From Chthonomonadales bacterium (GTDB lineage Bacteria; Armatimonadota; Chthonomonadetes; Chthonomonadales; CAJBBX01), in assembly GCA_037443035.1 (NCBI GenBank), contig JBBIPC010000023.1, positions 7,613 through 62,325 of the forward strand: a DNA stretch of 54,713 nt, read 5' to 3'. A program made the position numbers and the translations under genes. Under the pieces are notes generated by a model. That model did no database searches and had not been told where the DNA came from. It was given only the letters and a program-made list of their open reading frames with translations. Shown piece after piece: positions 45,847 to 54,713 of the stretch (positions within the stretch are counted from its first letter, which is position 1; each line of letters opens with the position of its first letter).

Positions 45847-47640
45847 TTAGCGGGCTATTCGGAACCGTAGAACAGCCCGGCCACGGGTTTCCAGGGATCC
45901 TGTCACTGCTACTACGCGGGCTTCATACGTCCCTGTCGCAAAGCGCCGCGGATCGAGCAGCAGGCGTCCCTCAGGTCCGCACGAAGTGATCAGACGACCG
46001 TTGACATAGAGCTCGTAGCGCCGAACAGGCTTCGGGCCATTGCACCGGACCTGCACACTGAGCGGTTTGCGCAGCACCACGCCTTCCCGAAGATTGCGCA
46101 CTGTGACCTGGACCCGAGGCGCCCACGGCGCACAAAGGGGGTCTCCCACAAGGAGCTGCTGGTACGGACCGCTGACGGATTGGTAGAAGGCCTCTGCCAG
46201 TGTGCAGCCTGACGCGTAGTAGACGTGCAGGAACGCTGTGGGGAACTTGGCTTGAATGGCATAGGGTTCCGCAACAGTACCGGATGAACCGGCGGCGCCG
46301 TAGCGGATCCATTCGCTGAGAAGGGTCTGGCCCGCACCGTTCATGGCACCGGCGAAGCTCGTCAGGTGGTCGCAGAAGGCTCCTGGCAAGATGGTGCTCC
46401 TACTCGACTTCCAGTCGAACGTCGCGATGCCAACCATCGCTCCTGCCACATCCGACCGCGAGGGAGGCAGGGCCCCGTCGAGCACTTCCGCCCGTACGCC
46501 GAGCCTTGACAGAGCAGCTTTGGCCGACTCGAACGCCCATCGCCGCGGACCCGTCCTGGCTCCATCCTGGGAGACCATGAAGTAAACCGTGCCGCGAGGG
46601 TGGGTATGGTCGGCTGCCGCCGCGCGGCGAAGACACGCGAGAGCTTCCTCGAGCGTGTTGGCTTGTCCACCTACGTAGGCCAGCATAGCAGCGAGCAGGT
46701 ATCTCGTTCCCGAACCATTGGTCGGCTGGTGGTTGGCATCCCAGCGTGTCGAAGCTCGGAAGGGTTGGGGCGGTTCCGCTTGAACGGGCAGGCTTCGCAT
46801 GCGCTGAACGAGTGCCCGGAAATCCGCTCTGCTCCGAAGCGACGTCAGGTCTGGATCGGTCTCGGTATGGGTCACGTTGAGCCAGCCTGCATCCACAGCG
46901 CTCCGCAGCGCACGCATGGCGCCATCGGTATCTCCCCTCAGTGCTCTGAGGCACGCCAAGTCGTACAGCAGATCGGGACTTTCCGGATGTCGCGACGCCA
47001 GATCCTCCGCCAGCGCCAGCGCCTCTGCAAGCTGCCGTGCAGTCTCCGGCGACTGCGGGGCGGCTCGGAGAGTCTCCGTCAAGCGCGAGGAAGCCTGCGC
47101 CAGAACACCTGCCATCCGCCGGTCCTGCTCCGACCACGGTTTCGGGGTGCGGCCGCGTCGGATGCCGCGACAGTAGCGGTTGGCCTGCATGTCCAGGTAC
47201 TCGGGATTCGCTGCAGCGACAAGCTCATGAAGGTAGGTCAGACCCGTCAGGGAAGCCGGGGAGGTGATGTACCGCGGGAATGTACGGCCCTCCATATCGG
47301 CTCTTACGTCCACCCCGTATGGGAAGCCCGTCGAATACGCTACACAGTCGATCTGCTTGGCAAGTCCACGGGATCGGATGCTCTCTAAGATCGGCGTCAA
47401 GATGCGCGAGCGGAACTCCGCCACCGAGATGACCGACGAGGTCGGCACATCCCTTAGATAGAGCACGTTCCCCAGAGGTATGCGGCGCAACCGGGCGTAC
47501 TCCCTGGCAAGAGTGACCGACGCTTCGCTGTCGGCATTGACAACGACCAAGACGTTTTCCGGGCCAGGCGACGCAGGAGTCCCGTGCGCCGCAACGAGCA
47601 TGAGAAGCACCGCCGCCGGCCACGCTCTAGCCACCGTCAT
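45847..47640 (-). CDS. TIGR03790-like secreted protein with TPR-like insert and C-terminal Ig-like domain
   Basis: PENVLVVVNADSEAS..AREYARLRRIP, PGAFCDHLTSFAG, GTVAEPY, LLVGDPL; LYDLACL..AVDAGW..DPDLTSLR TPR-like segment. Confidence 0.75.
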   Translation of the reverse strand: MTVARAWPAAVLLMLVAAHGTPASPGPENVLVVVNADSEASVTLAREYARLRRIPLGNVLYLRDVPTSSVISVAEFRSRILTPILESIRSRGLAKQIDCVAYSTGFPYGVDVRADMEGRTFPRYITSPASLTGLTYLHELVAAANPEYLDMQANRYCRGIRRGRTPKPWSEQDRRMAGVLAQASSRLTETLRAAPQSPETARQLAEALALAEDLASRHPESPDLLYDLACLRALRGDTDGAMRALRSAVDAGWLNVTHTETDPDLTSLRSRADFRALVQRMRSLPVQAEPPQPFRASTRWDANHQPTNGSGTRYLLAAMLAYVGGQANTLEEALACLRRAAAADHTHPRGTVYFMVSQDGARTGPRRWAFESAKAALSRLGVRAEVLDGALPPSRSDVAGAMVGIATFDWKSSRSTILPGAFCDHLTSFAGAMNGAGQTLLSEWIRYGAAGSSGTVAEPYAIQAKFPTAFLHVYYASGCTLAEAFYQSVSGPYQQLLVGDPLCAPWAPRVQVTVRNLREGVVLRKPLSVQVRCNGPKPVRRYELYVNGRLITSCGPEGRLLLDPRRFATGTYEARVVAVTGSLETRGRAVLRFRIAR

Positions 47641-48790
47641 GATCCGCCATCCTGCATCCTAAGTACTGACCTATACGGGCGGCTGCTTCCCGGATAGCTT
47701 CCTCCGAAGCCGCGTAGCAGAGTCGGATGCTGCGCCGACCTGCTTCACCGAAGTCCACCCCTGGCGCTACCGCCACCCCCGCGCACTCCAACAGCTCGAA
47801 CGCGAAGGCTAGGGAGTCCCTCGTGAACTTCGAGGCATCGGCGAAAACGTAGAACGCCCCTTCAGGCACCGTTGGTATGCCGAATCCTAGGTCCCGAAAC
47901 AGCTCGACGGCTAGATCGCGCCGCCGGCGGTACGACCGCACCATATCCGCCGTGTAGCAGTCGCCCTCTGCCAGGGCTGTCAATGCCGCCTCCTGGACGA
48001 ACGCACTGGCGCTGATGAGGAAGTTCTGCTGCATGGTCTGCAGTGTCCGCATGAGCTTCGTCGGCGCCACGAGATAGCCCAGCCGCCACCCTGTCATGGC
48101 GTGCCGCTTGGAGAATCCATCGGCGATGATGGCGTCGGAGGCGCATTGGAGCGCCGAAGGCGCCGCGTCTCCGTAGACGAGTCCGTGGTAGATCTCGTCC
48201 GACAGAATGGGCACTCCCAGATCGGCGAGCTCTCGCAGGCGGTCCTCCCGAAGAACAGCGCCGGTAGGATTGGAAGGCGAGTTCACCAGCAACAGCTTCG
48301 TCCGACCAGTCACGGCCGCCCTCACGCGACCGGGATCCAAGCGGTACCCGTCGTTGGGATCCGTTGGAACCGGAACGAACTTCCCACCAAAGAACCGCAC
48401 GAAGTTCGGATAGCATGGATAGTGAGGCGTGGCGGCCAGGACCTCGTCACCCGGCTCGATGAGAGCACCCAGCGCATAGAACATGGCCAGCGACGAACCG
48501 GCCGTCACCAGCACGCGCTCAGGGCTGACGTCCACGCCGTAGCGCTCGGCATAGCGAGCTGCGATGGCTTCCCGCAGTCGAAGCATCCCCAGCGAATGGG
48601 TATAGTGCGTCAATCCGGCTCCGAGAGCGGTCTGAGCGGTTTCCACAATGGGTGTTGGCGTGGCGAAGTCAGGCTCGCCCACTTCCAGGTGGATGATGGA
48701 CTTGCCCTGGCGCTCCAATTCCTGGGCACGTTCCAGGACCTCCATGACCAGGAACGGAACGAGTGAACGAGCTCGGTTGGCCGTATTCAT
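47627..48790 (-). CDS. PLP-dependent aminotransferase class I/II
   Basis: LEVGEPDF, NSPSNPTG, SDEIYHG, GFSKRHAMTGWRLG, GAFYVF, VAPGVDFG. Confidence 0.95.
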   Translation of the reverse strand: MNTANRARSLVPFLVMEVLERAQELERQGKSIIHLEVGEPDFATPTPIVETAQTALGAGLTHYTHSLGMLRLREAIAARYAERYGVDVSPERVLVTAGSSLAMFYALGALIEPGDEVLAATPHYPCYPNFVRFFGGKFVPVPTDPNDGYRLDPGRVRAAVTGRTKLLLVNSPSNPTGAVLREDRLRELADLGVPILSDEIYHGLVYGDAAPSALQCASDAIIADGFSKRHAMTGWRLGYLVAPTKLMRTLQTMQQNFLISASAFVQEAALTALAEGDCYTADMVRSYRRRRDLAVELFRDLGFGIPTVPEGAFYVFADASKFTRDSLAFAFELLECAGVAVAPGVDFGEAGRRSIRLCYAASEEAIREAAARIGQYLGCRMADHDGG

Positions 48791-48822
48791 GCTGTCATTC
48801 TGCACCTGCGAGGTTATCGAAC

Positions 48823-49245
48823 ATGCTGGAGCCTGCGCTTCTCGATGACGCGCGCTTCGACGCTACACAGCGGGAACTCCTGAGGGTTACCGATGCGCTA
48901 CTCGAGGCCATTCGCGTCGGCGACGCTCACACCTATGCTTCGCTCTGCGAACCCGCGCTTTCCTGCTTCGAGGACGTCTGTCCCTACCGCGTGGACGGCG
49001 TGGCATTTCATGTCCACCTGGTGAAGCGAGCGGCGGACCGCCCCGAAGAGCAGCCCGTGCGTCAGGACATCCTTAGCCCCCGTGTGCAGGTCTATGGCGA
49101 ATGCGGTATCGTCACCTATACACGGCTCTGCACCTATGACGGCGCCGAGGGGCTACGGCATACGACCTTCAACGAAACGCGGGTCTACGTACGTCGCAAC
49201 GGCGAATGGCGCATGGCCCATTTCCATCGCTCGAAAGCCGCCTGA
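48823..49245 (+). CDS. NTF2-fold protein (CaMKII association domain/DUF4440-like)
   Basis: LLEAIRVGD..YASLC..LSCFE, GVAFH, ETRVY..WRMAHFHRS; GAGG upstream. Confidence 0.8.
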   Translation: MLEPALLDDARFDATQRELLRVTDALLEAIRVGDAHTYASLCEPALSCFEDVCPYRVDGVAFHVHLVKRAADRPEEQPVRQDILSPRVQVYGECGIVTYTRLCTYDGAEGLRHTTFNETRVYVRRNGEWRMAHFHRSKAA

Positions 49246-49249
49246 CGCT

Positions 49250-50005
49250 ATGGAAGTCACGAAGGCCGTGATCCTGGCTGCCGGACGGGGCAAGCGCCTG
49301 GCACCGTTGACGGACTGCACGCCGAAACCCCTCTTGCCCGTGGCCGGACGCCCGCTGCTGGAGCACATCCTCATCGGCCTCCGAGATGCGGGTCTGCGCG
49401 AGTTCCTATGTGTCATCGGCCACCTCGGCCAACAGATCCAGGCGCGTTTCTCCGACGGTCGTGCCCTGGGCATTCGGATGGAGTACTGCTGGCAAAGGGA
49501 CGTCCATGGCACCGGTGCAGCGCTGAGACTAGGCCGGGCATTCGCACGCGAAGGGCCTGTTCTCATGTCCTTCGGCGACATTCTGACGGACTACGCGCAC
49601 TACAGGAACCTCCTGTCGGAATACCGCCGGGCTCCGTGTGCAGCACTCATGGGAATCAACCAGATGGACGATGTGAGCGCAGGAGCGGCTGTTCTGCGCC
49701 GGGGCGACAGGGTAATCGGCATCGTCGAAAAGCCCCGTCCCGGCCAGATAGCCAGCAACTGGAATCAAGCCGGGGTCACGATCTTCGGACCAGAGATATG
49801 GCCGGTGCTGGAGCACCTTCCCATCTCACCTCGAGGCGAGTACGAGATCACCGCAGCGATCTCTATGCTCCTGGATGAGGGGCAGGAAGTCCGAGCCGTC
49901 GAGTTCCGGGGATTCTGGTCCGACGTCGGTACTCCCGATGCTCTAGCCGCGGCTGACCGTGCCTGGTCGGTGCTGCCATCCGAGACGCCAGCGCAACCGT
50001 CCTAG
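49250..50005 (+). CDS. Sugar-phosphate nucleotidyltransferase (NTP_transferase)
   Basis: KAVILAAGRGKRLAPLT..PKPLLPV, GTGAAL, IVEKP, SPRGEYEIT, WSDVGT. Confidence 0.92.
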   Translation: MEVTKAVILAAGRGKRLAPLTDCTPKPLLPVAGRPLLEHILIGLRDAGLREFLCVIGHLGQQIQARFSDGRALGIRMEYCWQRDVHGTGAALRLGRAFAREGPVLMSFGDILTDYAHYRNLLSEYRRAPCAALMGINQMDDVSAGAAVLRRGDRVIGIVEKPRPGQIASNWNQAGVTIFGPEIWPVLEHLPISPRGEYEITAAISMLLDEGQEVRAVEFRGFWSDVGTPDALAAADRAWSVLPSETPAQPS

Positions 50006-52464
50006 CGAACGATTTCGTACCGTCCAGGCACCAGCAGCCAACCACCGCCAGCCGGTACCGGTGCGGGCGACCCATCCAGCGCACGGCACCGCGCTTTCTG
50101 CCAGCCCGGTAGCAGGAGGCGAAACAGGTGCCGCCGGTATTCCAGTTCTCCCACTGGGTGTTCGAAGCTGCCCACCAAGGAGTTGCCCACAAGATGTGCA
50201 TCGGGATTGACCTGAACGATCCAGCGGCGGTCCGTTGCACGCTCCAGGATATACGCCCCCGTTCCACCGTAGTCCACGTACCGTGACGAACCGGTGCCTA
50301 CGATGCGCACAGGACTCGCAGGCCAGTTCTTGCCCTGGAGAGCACCTGGTGAACGAGCGTATAGGACCTTCGTGGCGGAGGTGAACGTGCAATTGTTCGC
50401 CGTGAAAGACGTGTAGAGGCCCCCTAGCTGTAACGATGTCGCGGGCGCACGCCAGTCCCCCACGTCGTAGCGCACACCACGGGGCAGAGACCTGAACGCC
50501 TCACCACCGATCATGAAGCTCACCGCCTTCGAGGGCGTGTAGTGCCAGTTGAGCCAGTGAGGACTCCAATCGGTGTTCCAGCGCGCGGTGGCGATGCTGT
50601 CGTATTGAAACTGGCAAGCGATCTGGACTTCTCCAGCTCGGAAATGCGCAGCCAGTGCAGGATACAAGTAGCAGCTCACGTTCGTGGCAGGCGTATCGAA
50701 CTCGTAGGCCAGGCGCGCCTTCGTTGCCAGTCGCGCATCCACACGAAGTGGTGCCGCTTCGGCGAGAAGGTTACGTCCGTCGTTCACACGCTCCCAACCC
50801 CCAGGATACGCACTGACGGTGATTGCTTCGACCTCGGAATCAGCGATGGCCTGCGTGATGTCATCGCCGTTCACACCGAAGTACGAACATGCCACAGGCT
50901 GTCGTGCACCGGTAGAACGGATGGCCGCTACCATTTTGCGCAAGTATCGGCGCATGAGGCTATACCGAAACAGCGGGAAGTAGGTGGCGCTCTCCTCGAG
51001 ACCTTCGGCCCGGAGCCACGCTTCCCACTGTTCACGAAAGACCCGGTGGTCCCGCTCCAGCACCTCTGGCTTCTCGCCTTGGGGCTGGTATCCGGACCCA
51101 TAGAGGTCTCCGTAGAGCAAATACGCAGGCTCGTTCATGATCTCCAGGACACAGAGAGAAGGTTCGTCCTTGTAGGCTCGGCCGGTGTAGCGGTTCTTCC
51201 GTGTCAGAAACTGGGCGAGGTAGTTCGCAGCAGCGTCCAGAGCATGGGGAACGAACATCATACCAGGCTTACTCGTCTGGGCCGAGAACGATGATGGGTT
51301 CTCGTTGGGGCCGCCCCACCACGCGATGGGGGTCAGGTACAGGTAGATGCCACGCCTGCCACACTGGGCCACAAGGTAGTCCAGAAGCTCGAGGTGCTCG
51401 TTATCCTGGATGTTGCCGTCCGCATCGCTGATCTCTCGATCGAAGATATGCATGCGGATGACCTGCACCCCCATCTGCTGAAGATGGTCCAGATCCTGCA
51501 CGAGCACCTTCTTGCGGTTCACTTTCAGCCTTCCCGTGTTTTCGAACTGGTACCAGCTCTGGGGATAGATGTTGACGCCCCAGAGAGCGACCTCCGAGCC
51601 ATCGGGATACCGAAGGACTCCATCGGAAACGTGCATGGGACGGAGCGGAAGAGCCGACCCCACCCGTCCAGACGCCGGACGACGGGCAGGCACGGCAGAT
51701 GCGGGAGCGGACGTTGGCGGTACGTTGTCACCCGCGAGCAGCATGACCGGTGCCTTGTGGATGCCTCCCCCGTAGGTCGGGTTGTCTACCATCACGGTCA
51801 GGACGTTATCCTTGCCCCAGTGGACGAGTTCCGGCGGTAGCGTGTAGATTCTTGGGATGTCCCAACCACTCGTCCGTCCTATCTCCGTCCCGTTCAGGTA
51901 CGTGACATCATTGTCGTCCACAGCTCCCATATGGAGCCGGACCGTTCGTGTGCGCCACGCGACTGGGATCGTTACGTGCACGCGGCACCACGCATAGCGG
52001 TTGTCACCCCACAGCGCCGGTACACGCAGGTCTCTCCATGAACGATCATCCAGGTCAGCCTGCGCAAGCTCCACTGCCGCCGGGGTCTCGCGCACGACGA
52101 AGGTCTGCTTCCATAGCAGCGTGGTCAAGTCTATGCCCCGCACGACGCTCACCGAGACTTGGGAGAAGTCGCTATCAGCGACGACGGTTCCGGTATCCGC
52201 GCTCTCCTGAAGCCGACAGCGAGCCACCACATGCCTCCATCCCCGTCCTTCCACGGAGATCACCATGCTGTCCGGCTCGACAGAGCAATTCGTTGGCCGA
52301 AACCGAAGCGTAATCGTCTCAGCCGACGTACCGTGATTGACGACGAGGAAGGGAACTTCGACCGAATCGTTCGCCTGCACGACCGCGTGCACCGGTGCTC
52401 GCAGAACAACGCCGGTTGCCTCTGAGGGGAATGCTGCAAGTACCAACAGAGCTAAGACGGACAT
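50002..52464 (-). CDS. Secreted clan GH-A (GH5-like) glycoside hydrolase with galactose-binding-like jelly-roll domain
   Basis: Signal peptide; VPALW..AWCR..GAVDDNDVTYLNG jelly roll; LWGVN, NRYTGRAYKDEP, EIMNEP acid/base, YEFD nucleophile candidate. Confidence 0.8.
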   Translation of the reverse strand: MSVLALLVLAAFPSEATGVVLRAPVHAVVQANDSVEVPFLVVNHGTSAETITLRFRPTNCSVEPDSMVISVEGRGWRHVVARCRLQESADTGTVVADSDFSQVSVSVVRGIDLTTLLWKQTFVVRETPAAVELAQADLDDRSWRDLRVPALWGDNRYAWCRVHVTIPVAWRTRTVRLHMGAVDDNDVTYLNGTEIGRTSGWDIPRIYTLPPELVHWGKDNVLTVMVDNPTYGGGIHKAPVMLLAGDNVPPTSAPASAVPARRPASGRVGSALPLRPMHVSDGVLRYPDGSEVALWGVNIYPQSWYQFENTGRLKVNRKKVLVQDLDHLQQMGVQVIRMHIFDREISDADGNIQDNEHLELLDYLVAQCGRRGIYLYLTPIAWWGGPNENPSSFSAQTSKPGMMFVPHALDAAANYLAQFLTRKNRYTGRAYKDEPSLCVLEIMNEPAYLLYGDLYGSGYQPQGEKPEVLERDHRVFREQWEAWLRAEGLEESATYFPLFRYSLMRRYLRKMVAAIRSTGARQPVACSYFGVNGDDITQAIADSEVEAITVSAYPGGWERVNDGRNLLAEAAPLRVDARLATKARLAYEFDTPATNVSCYLYPALAAHFRAGEVQIACQFQYDSIATARWNTDWSPHWLNWHYTPSKAVSFMIGGEAFRSLPRGVRYDVGDWRAPATSLQLGGLYTSFTANNCTFTSATKVLYARSPGALQGKNWPASPVRIVGTGSSRYVDYGGTGAYILERATDRRWIVQVNPDAHLVGNSLVGSFEHPVGELEYRRHLFRLLLPGWQKARCRALDGSPAPVPAGGGWLLVPGRYEIVR

Positions 52465-52614
52465 GGCGCCCTCCAGGTCGAGAACCTCGTACGTGCATTG
52501 CCGAACTACGCAGGCCGTGCTTCCGCGCAGCCACCCGAGCGAGCGATCGCCCTCCTACGCCACACGAAACCCGCCTCCTCGGGTCGAGCCGATCTCGCGT
52601 GCGGGTGTCGTCTC

Positions 52615-53376
52615 TCAGAGCGACGATCCATCGTGGGGCTGGTCTGAGCGACGAGCATTGCCTGGCGCCGACCCGTGATCGGCCGCAACATCCACGCTAT
52701 GTTGCCATTTCCGCTTCTTCTCCGCGACAACGTACTCGCCCGTGTGCATGTAATACACATCCTCGGCAACGTTCACAACGTGGTCACCGACGCGCTCGAG
52801 ATACTTGCATGCAAGAAGCAAGTACGCTGCTTGATAGACGACCGAGCTCTGCCGCTCCATGGTTTCGATGAGATAGTCCCGATACTGGTGGTACAGGTCG
52901 TCTGCCACGTCATCCATCTCGATGATCTGCCGCAGGAGCTCCGTATCACCACTCAGGAACGCCTTGAGAACGTCCTTCAGCATCGTCCGTACGCACGCCG
53001 CCAGGCGCGCGATGTCCACGAGGGGCTTGTACGTGCCACGTCGCGCTATCCGTCGGCCGATCTTGGCGATATCCACGGCGTAGTCGCTGATGCGCTCGAT
53101 CTCATTCACCATTTTCAAAGAAGCAGTGATCATCCGGAGGTCCGAGGCGACAGGCTGTTGAAGCGCGATTAGGAGTACCGCTTCGCGTTCCACGTCGGCG
53201 TCTATGGCATCCGCTTCGTCGTCCGTGCGAATCACGCTCGAGGTGAGATCCGGCTCGTGGTTCGTCACCGCCATGATGGCGTTATCGAGCATTCGATCCG
53301 CGACATTACCGATTCGCAGGATCGCGTCGCGTAGATGCTCTAGATGCTCGCTGAACTCTCCCCTTAACGTAGACAT
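52615..53376 (-). CDS. phoU: Phosphate signalling complex protein PhoU
   Basis: IALQQPVASDLR, IERISDYAVDIA, DDVADDLY, KYLERVGDHVVNVAE; GGAGGGG upstream of ATG 53376. Confidence 0.95.
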   Translation of the reverse strand: MSTLRGEFSEHLEHLRDAILRIGNVADRMLDNAIMAVTNHEPDLTSSVIRTDDEADAIDADVEREAVLLIALQQPVASDLRMITASLKMVNEIERISDYAVDIAKIGRRIARRGTYKPLVDIARLAACVRTMLKDVLKAFLSGDTELLRQIIEMDDVADDLYHQYRDYLIETMERQSSVVYQAAYLLLACKYLERVGDHVVNVAEDVYYMHTGEYVVAEKKRKWQHSVDVAADHGSAPGNARRSDQPHDGSSL

Positions 53377-53473
53377 GCTCGCGTCCCCTCCATGCTTCGA
53401 GAGTTCCATGGTACCGCACCGCGACCATTCGCAGTCCATGTCGGCGGGCGGCGCCATCCGTTGTCCTACCACG

Positions 53474-53503
53474 TTGACATCTCCTCGGCTCAGGGGCGAT
53501 AAT
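53474..53503 (+). promoter_or_regulatory. Sigma70 promoter giving a (near-)leaderless transcript
   Basis: TTGACA-18 nt-GATAAT ending 9 nt before ATG 53513; no SD. Confidence 0.6.
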
Positions 53504-53512
53504 CCACCCAAC

Positions 53513-54286
53513 ATGACGGAGACCTCACCAGCGCCCTCTACCCCCATCGAACGCATACCGCTCCTGGGCGTGTGCGTGGATCGGGTCACCATGGCGCAGA
53601 CCATGGCCATCCTCGAGGCATACATCCTGTCGGGTAAGCCCCATCATGTCGTTACTCTCGATGCCTCCATGTGCGTCCTGGCACGTACCGATTCGGAGTT
53701 GCGGAACATTGTTCTCGATGCCGACCTGGTGACGCCGGACAGCGTAGGCATTCTATGGGCGGCCCGGCGCATGGGTCATCCCCTGCCCGAGCGTGTCTCC
53801 GGTGTGGAGATCGTGGGGCGTATGGTCGAGCTTGCTGCTGCCAAAGATTGGAGAGTCTTCCTCCTCGGCGCCAAGCCCGGGGTCGCAGAAGAAGCAGCCC
53901 GGCGCATTCAGCAACGGTATGGGGATCGTTGCATTGCCGGCGTTCACCACGGTTACTTTCCCCCTGAGGATGACAGCGCCGTAGCGGAGATGGTGCGAGC
54001 GGCTTCGCCGGACGTGCTCTGTGTCGCCATGGGTATCCCGAAACAGGAAAAATGGATCGCCAGGCACAAGAATCGTCTTGGCGTGCCCGTCATGATCGGC
54101 GTCGGCGGTACGTTGGACGTCCTCTCGGGACGCGTAGGCCGCGCTCCCAGATGGTTGCAGCAATGGGGCCTCGAGTGGGCCTACCGCGTGTTGCGTAATC
54201 CACGGAAAATCGCCAAGGTCATGACGCTGCCGAGGTTCATCGCCATGGTACTCGGCCAGCGCACCCAGGGCGTGCCGAACGCGTAG
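53513..54286 (+). CDS. WecB/TagA/CpsF family glycosyltransferase
   Basis: ADLVTPDSVGI, PERVSG, FLLGAKPGVA, HHGYF, MGIPKQEKWI, GVGGTLD, RAP..GLEWAYR. Confidence 0.95.
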   Translation: MTETSPAPSTPIERIPLLGVCVDRVTMAQTMAILEAYILSGKPHHVVTLDASMCVLARTDSELRNIVLDADLVTPDSVGILWAARRMGHPLPERVSGVEIVGRMVELAAAKDWRVFLLGAKPGVAEEAARRIQQRYGDRCIAGVHHGYFPPEDDSAVAEMVRAASPDVLCVAMGIPKQEKWIARHKNRLGVPVMIGVGGTLDVLSGRVGRAPRWLQQWGLEWAYRVLRNPRKIAKVMTLPRFIAMVLGQRTQGVPNA

Positions 54287-54450
54287 GCGCCCTGGCGCTG
54301 GACCGAAGACTGGTTTCCGCGCTGACGTTGCAGACCGTCGTTAGGGCTCATGCGTACGGCCTGATGACCATGGGCTGATGGGTGGCGGAAGGAGCGCGTG
54401 CGCAATGAAATAGGCCCGCCGCGCACCTGGCAGCGAGCCTTGTACCTAAC

Positions 54451-54525
54451 TGGAGCGGGAGACGGGTTTCGAACCCGCGACCTCCTCCTTGGCAAGGAGG
54501 CGCTCTACCACTGAGCTACTCCCGC
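54451..54525 (-). tRNA. tRNA-Gly(GCC)
   Basis: GCGGGAGTAGCTCAGTGGTAGAGCGCCTCCTTGCCAAGGAGGAGGTCGCGGGTTCGAAACCCGTCTCCCGCTCCA; cloverleaf, CCA encoded. Confidence 0.97.
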
Positions 54526-54546
54526 ATGCGGGGCGCCGGCCGACCA

Positions 54547-54627
54547 TGGGCGAGAGGAGATTCGAACTCCTACACCTTTCGGCACTGGTTCCTAAGACCA
54601 GCGTGTCTGCCATTCCACCACTCGCCC
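54547..54627 (-). tRNA. tRNA-Leu(TAG)
   Basis: GGGCGAGTGGTGGAATGGCAGACACGCTGGTCTTAGGAACCAGTGCCGAAAGGTGTAGGAGTTCGAATCTCCTCTCGCCCA; long variable arm; CCA not encoded. Confidence 0.96.
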
Positions 54628-54662
54628 AAGACGGAATGGCCGCCGTTCCCCATGGTGAGTGC

Positions 54663-54693
54663 ATTATAGCACCCCCCGGCGAATCCATGTCAA
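54663..54693 (-). promoter_or_regulatory. Promoter of the tRNA-Leu/tRNA-Gly operon
   Basis: TTGACA-19 nt-TATAAT with TGn extended -10 on the minus strand. Confidence 0.75.
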
Positions 54694-54713
54694 GCTGGCG
54701 TCGCTTAACGACG

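Noticed and set aside
54287..54450. Genomic island integrated at tRNA-Gly
   Set aside because: No integrase and no duplicated tRNA 3' end noticed in the window

Overview
GC-rich bacterial chromosomal segment. The gene mix (prepilin-type DUF1559/H-X9-DG protein, DUF6785-like membrane transporter, two URO-D-fold proteins, many large secreted hypotheticals) suggests Armatimonadota; this taxonomy is inference. About 38 CDS are supported, including rpsO-pnp, an orphan glyS coupled to an archaeal-type thyA, phoU and a WecB/TagA glycosyltransferase, plus one doubly frameshifted AAA/DUF4143 gene and two tRNAs (Gly-GCC, Leu-TAG). No CRISPR array, rRNA or transposase was seen. Most notable observations: (1) a candidate non-Sus glycan-utilisation system at 18.6-29.2 kb, with a GntR/LacI regulator and visible operator, a pilin-like protein plus small membrane partner, a GxGYxYP hydrolase, an OPT-like transporter, a URO-D-fold enzyme, a sulfatase and a GH50-like enzyme; (2) a Nif3/YqfO homologue that has lost its canonical metal ligands but keeps the PII-like insert; (3) a cryptic gingipain (C25)-like secreted protease; (4) a nested REP/REPIN-like palindromic repeat cluster upstream of rpsO, with a partial copy at the window start; (5) several structured leaders that sequester ribosome-binding sites. 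All protein calls come from motif recognition by eye; no database searches were run.
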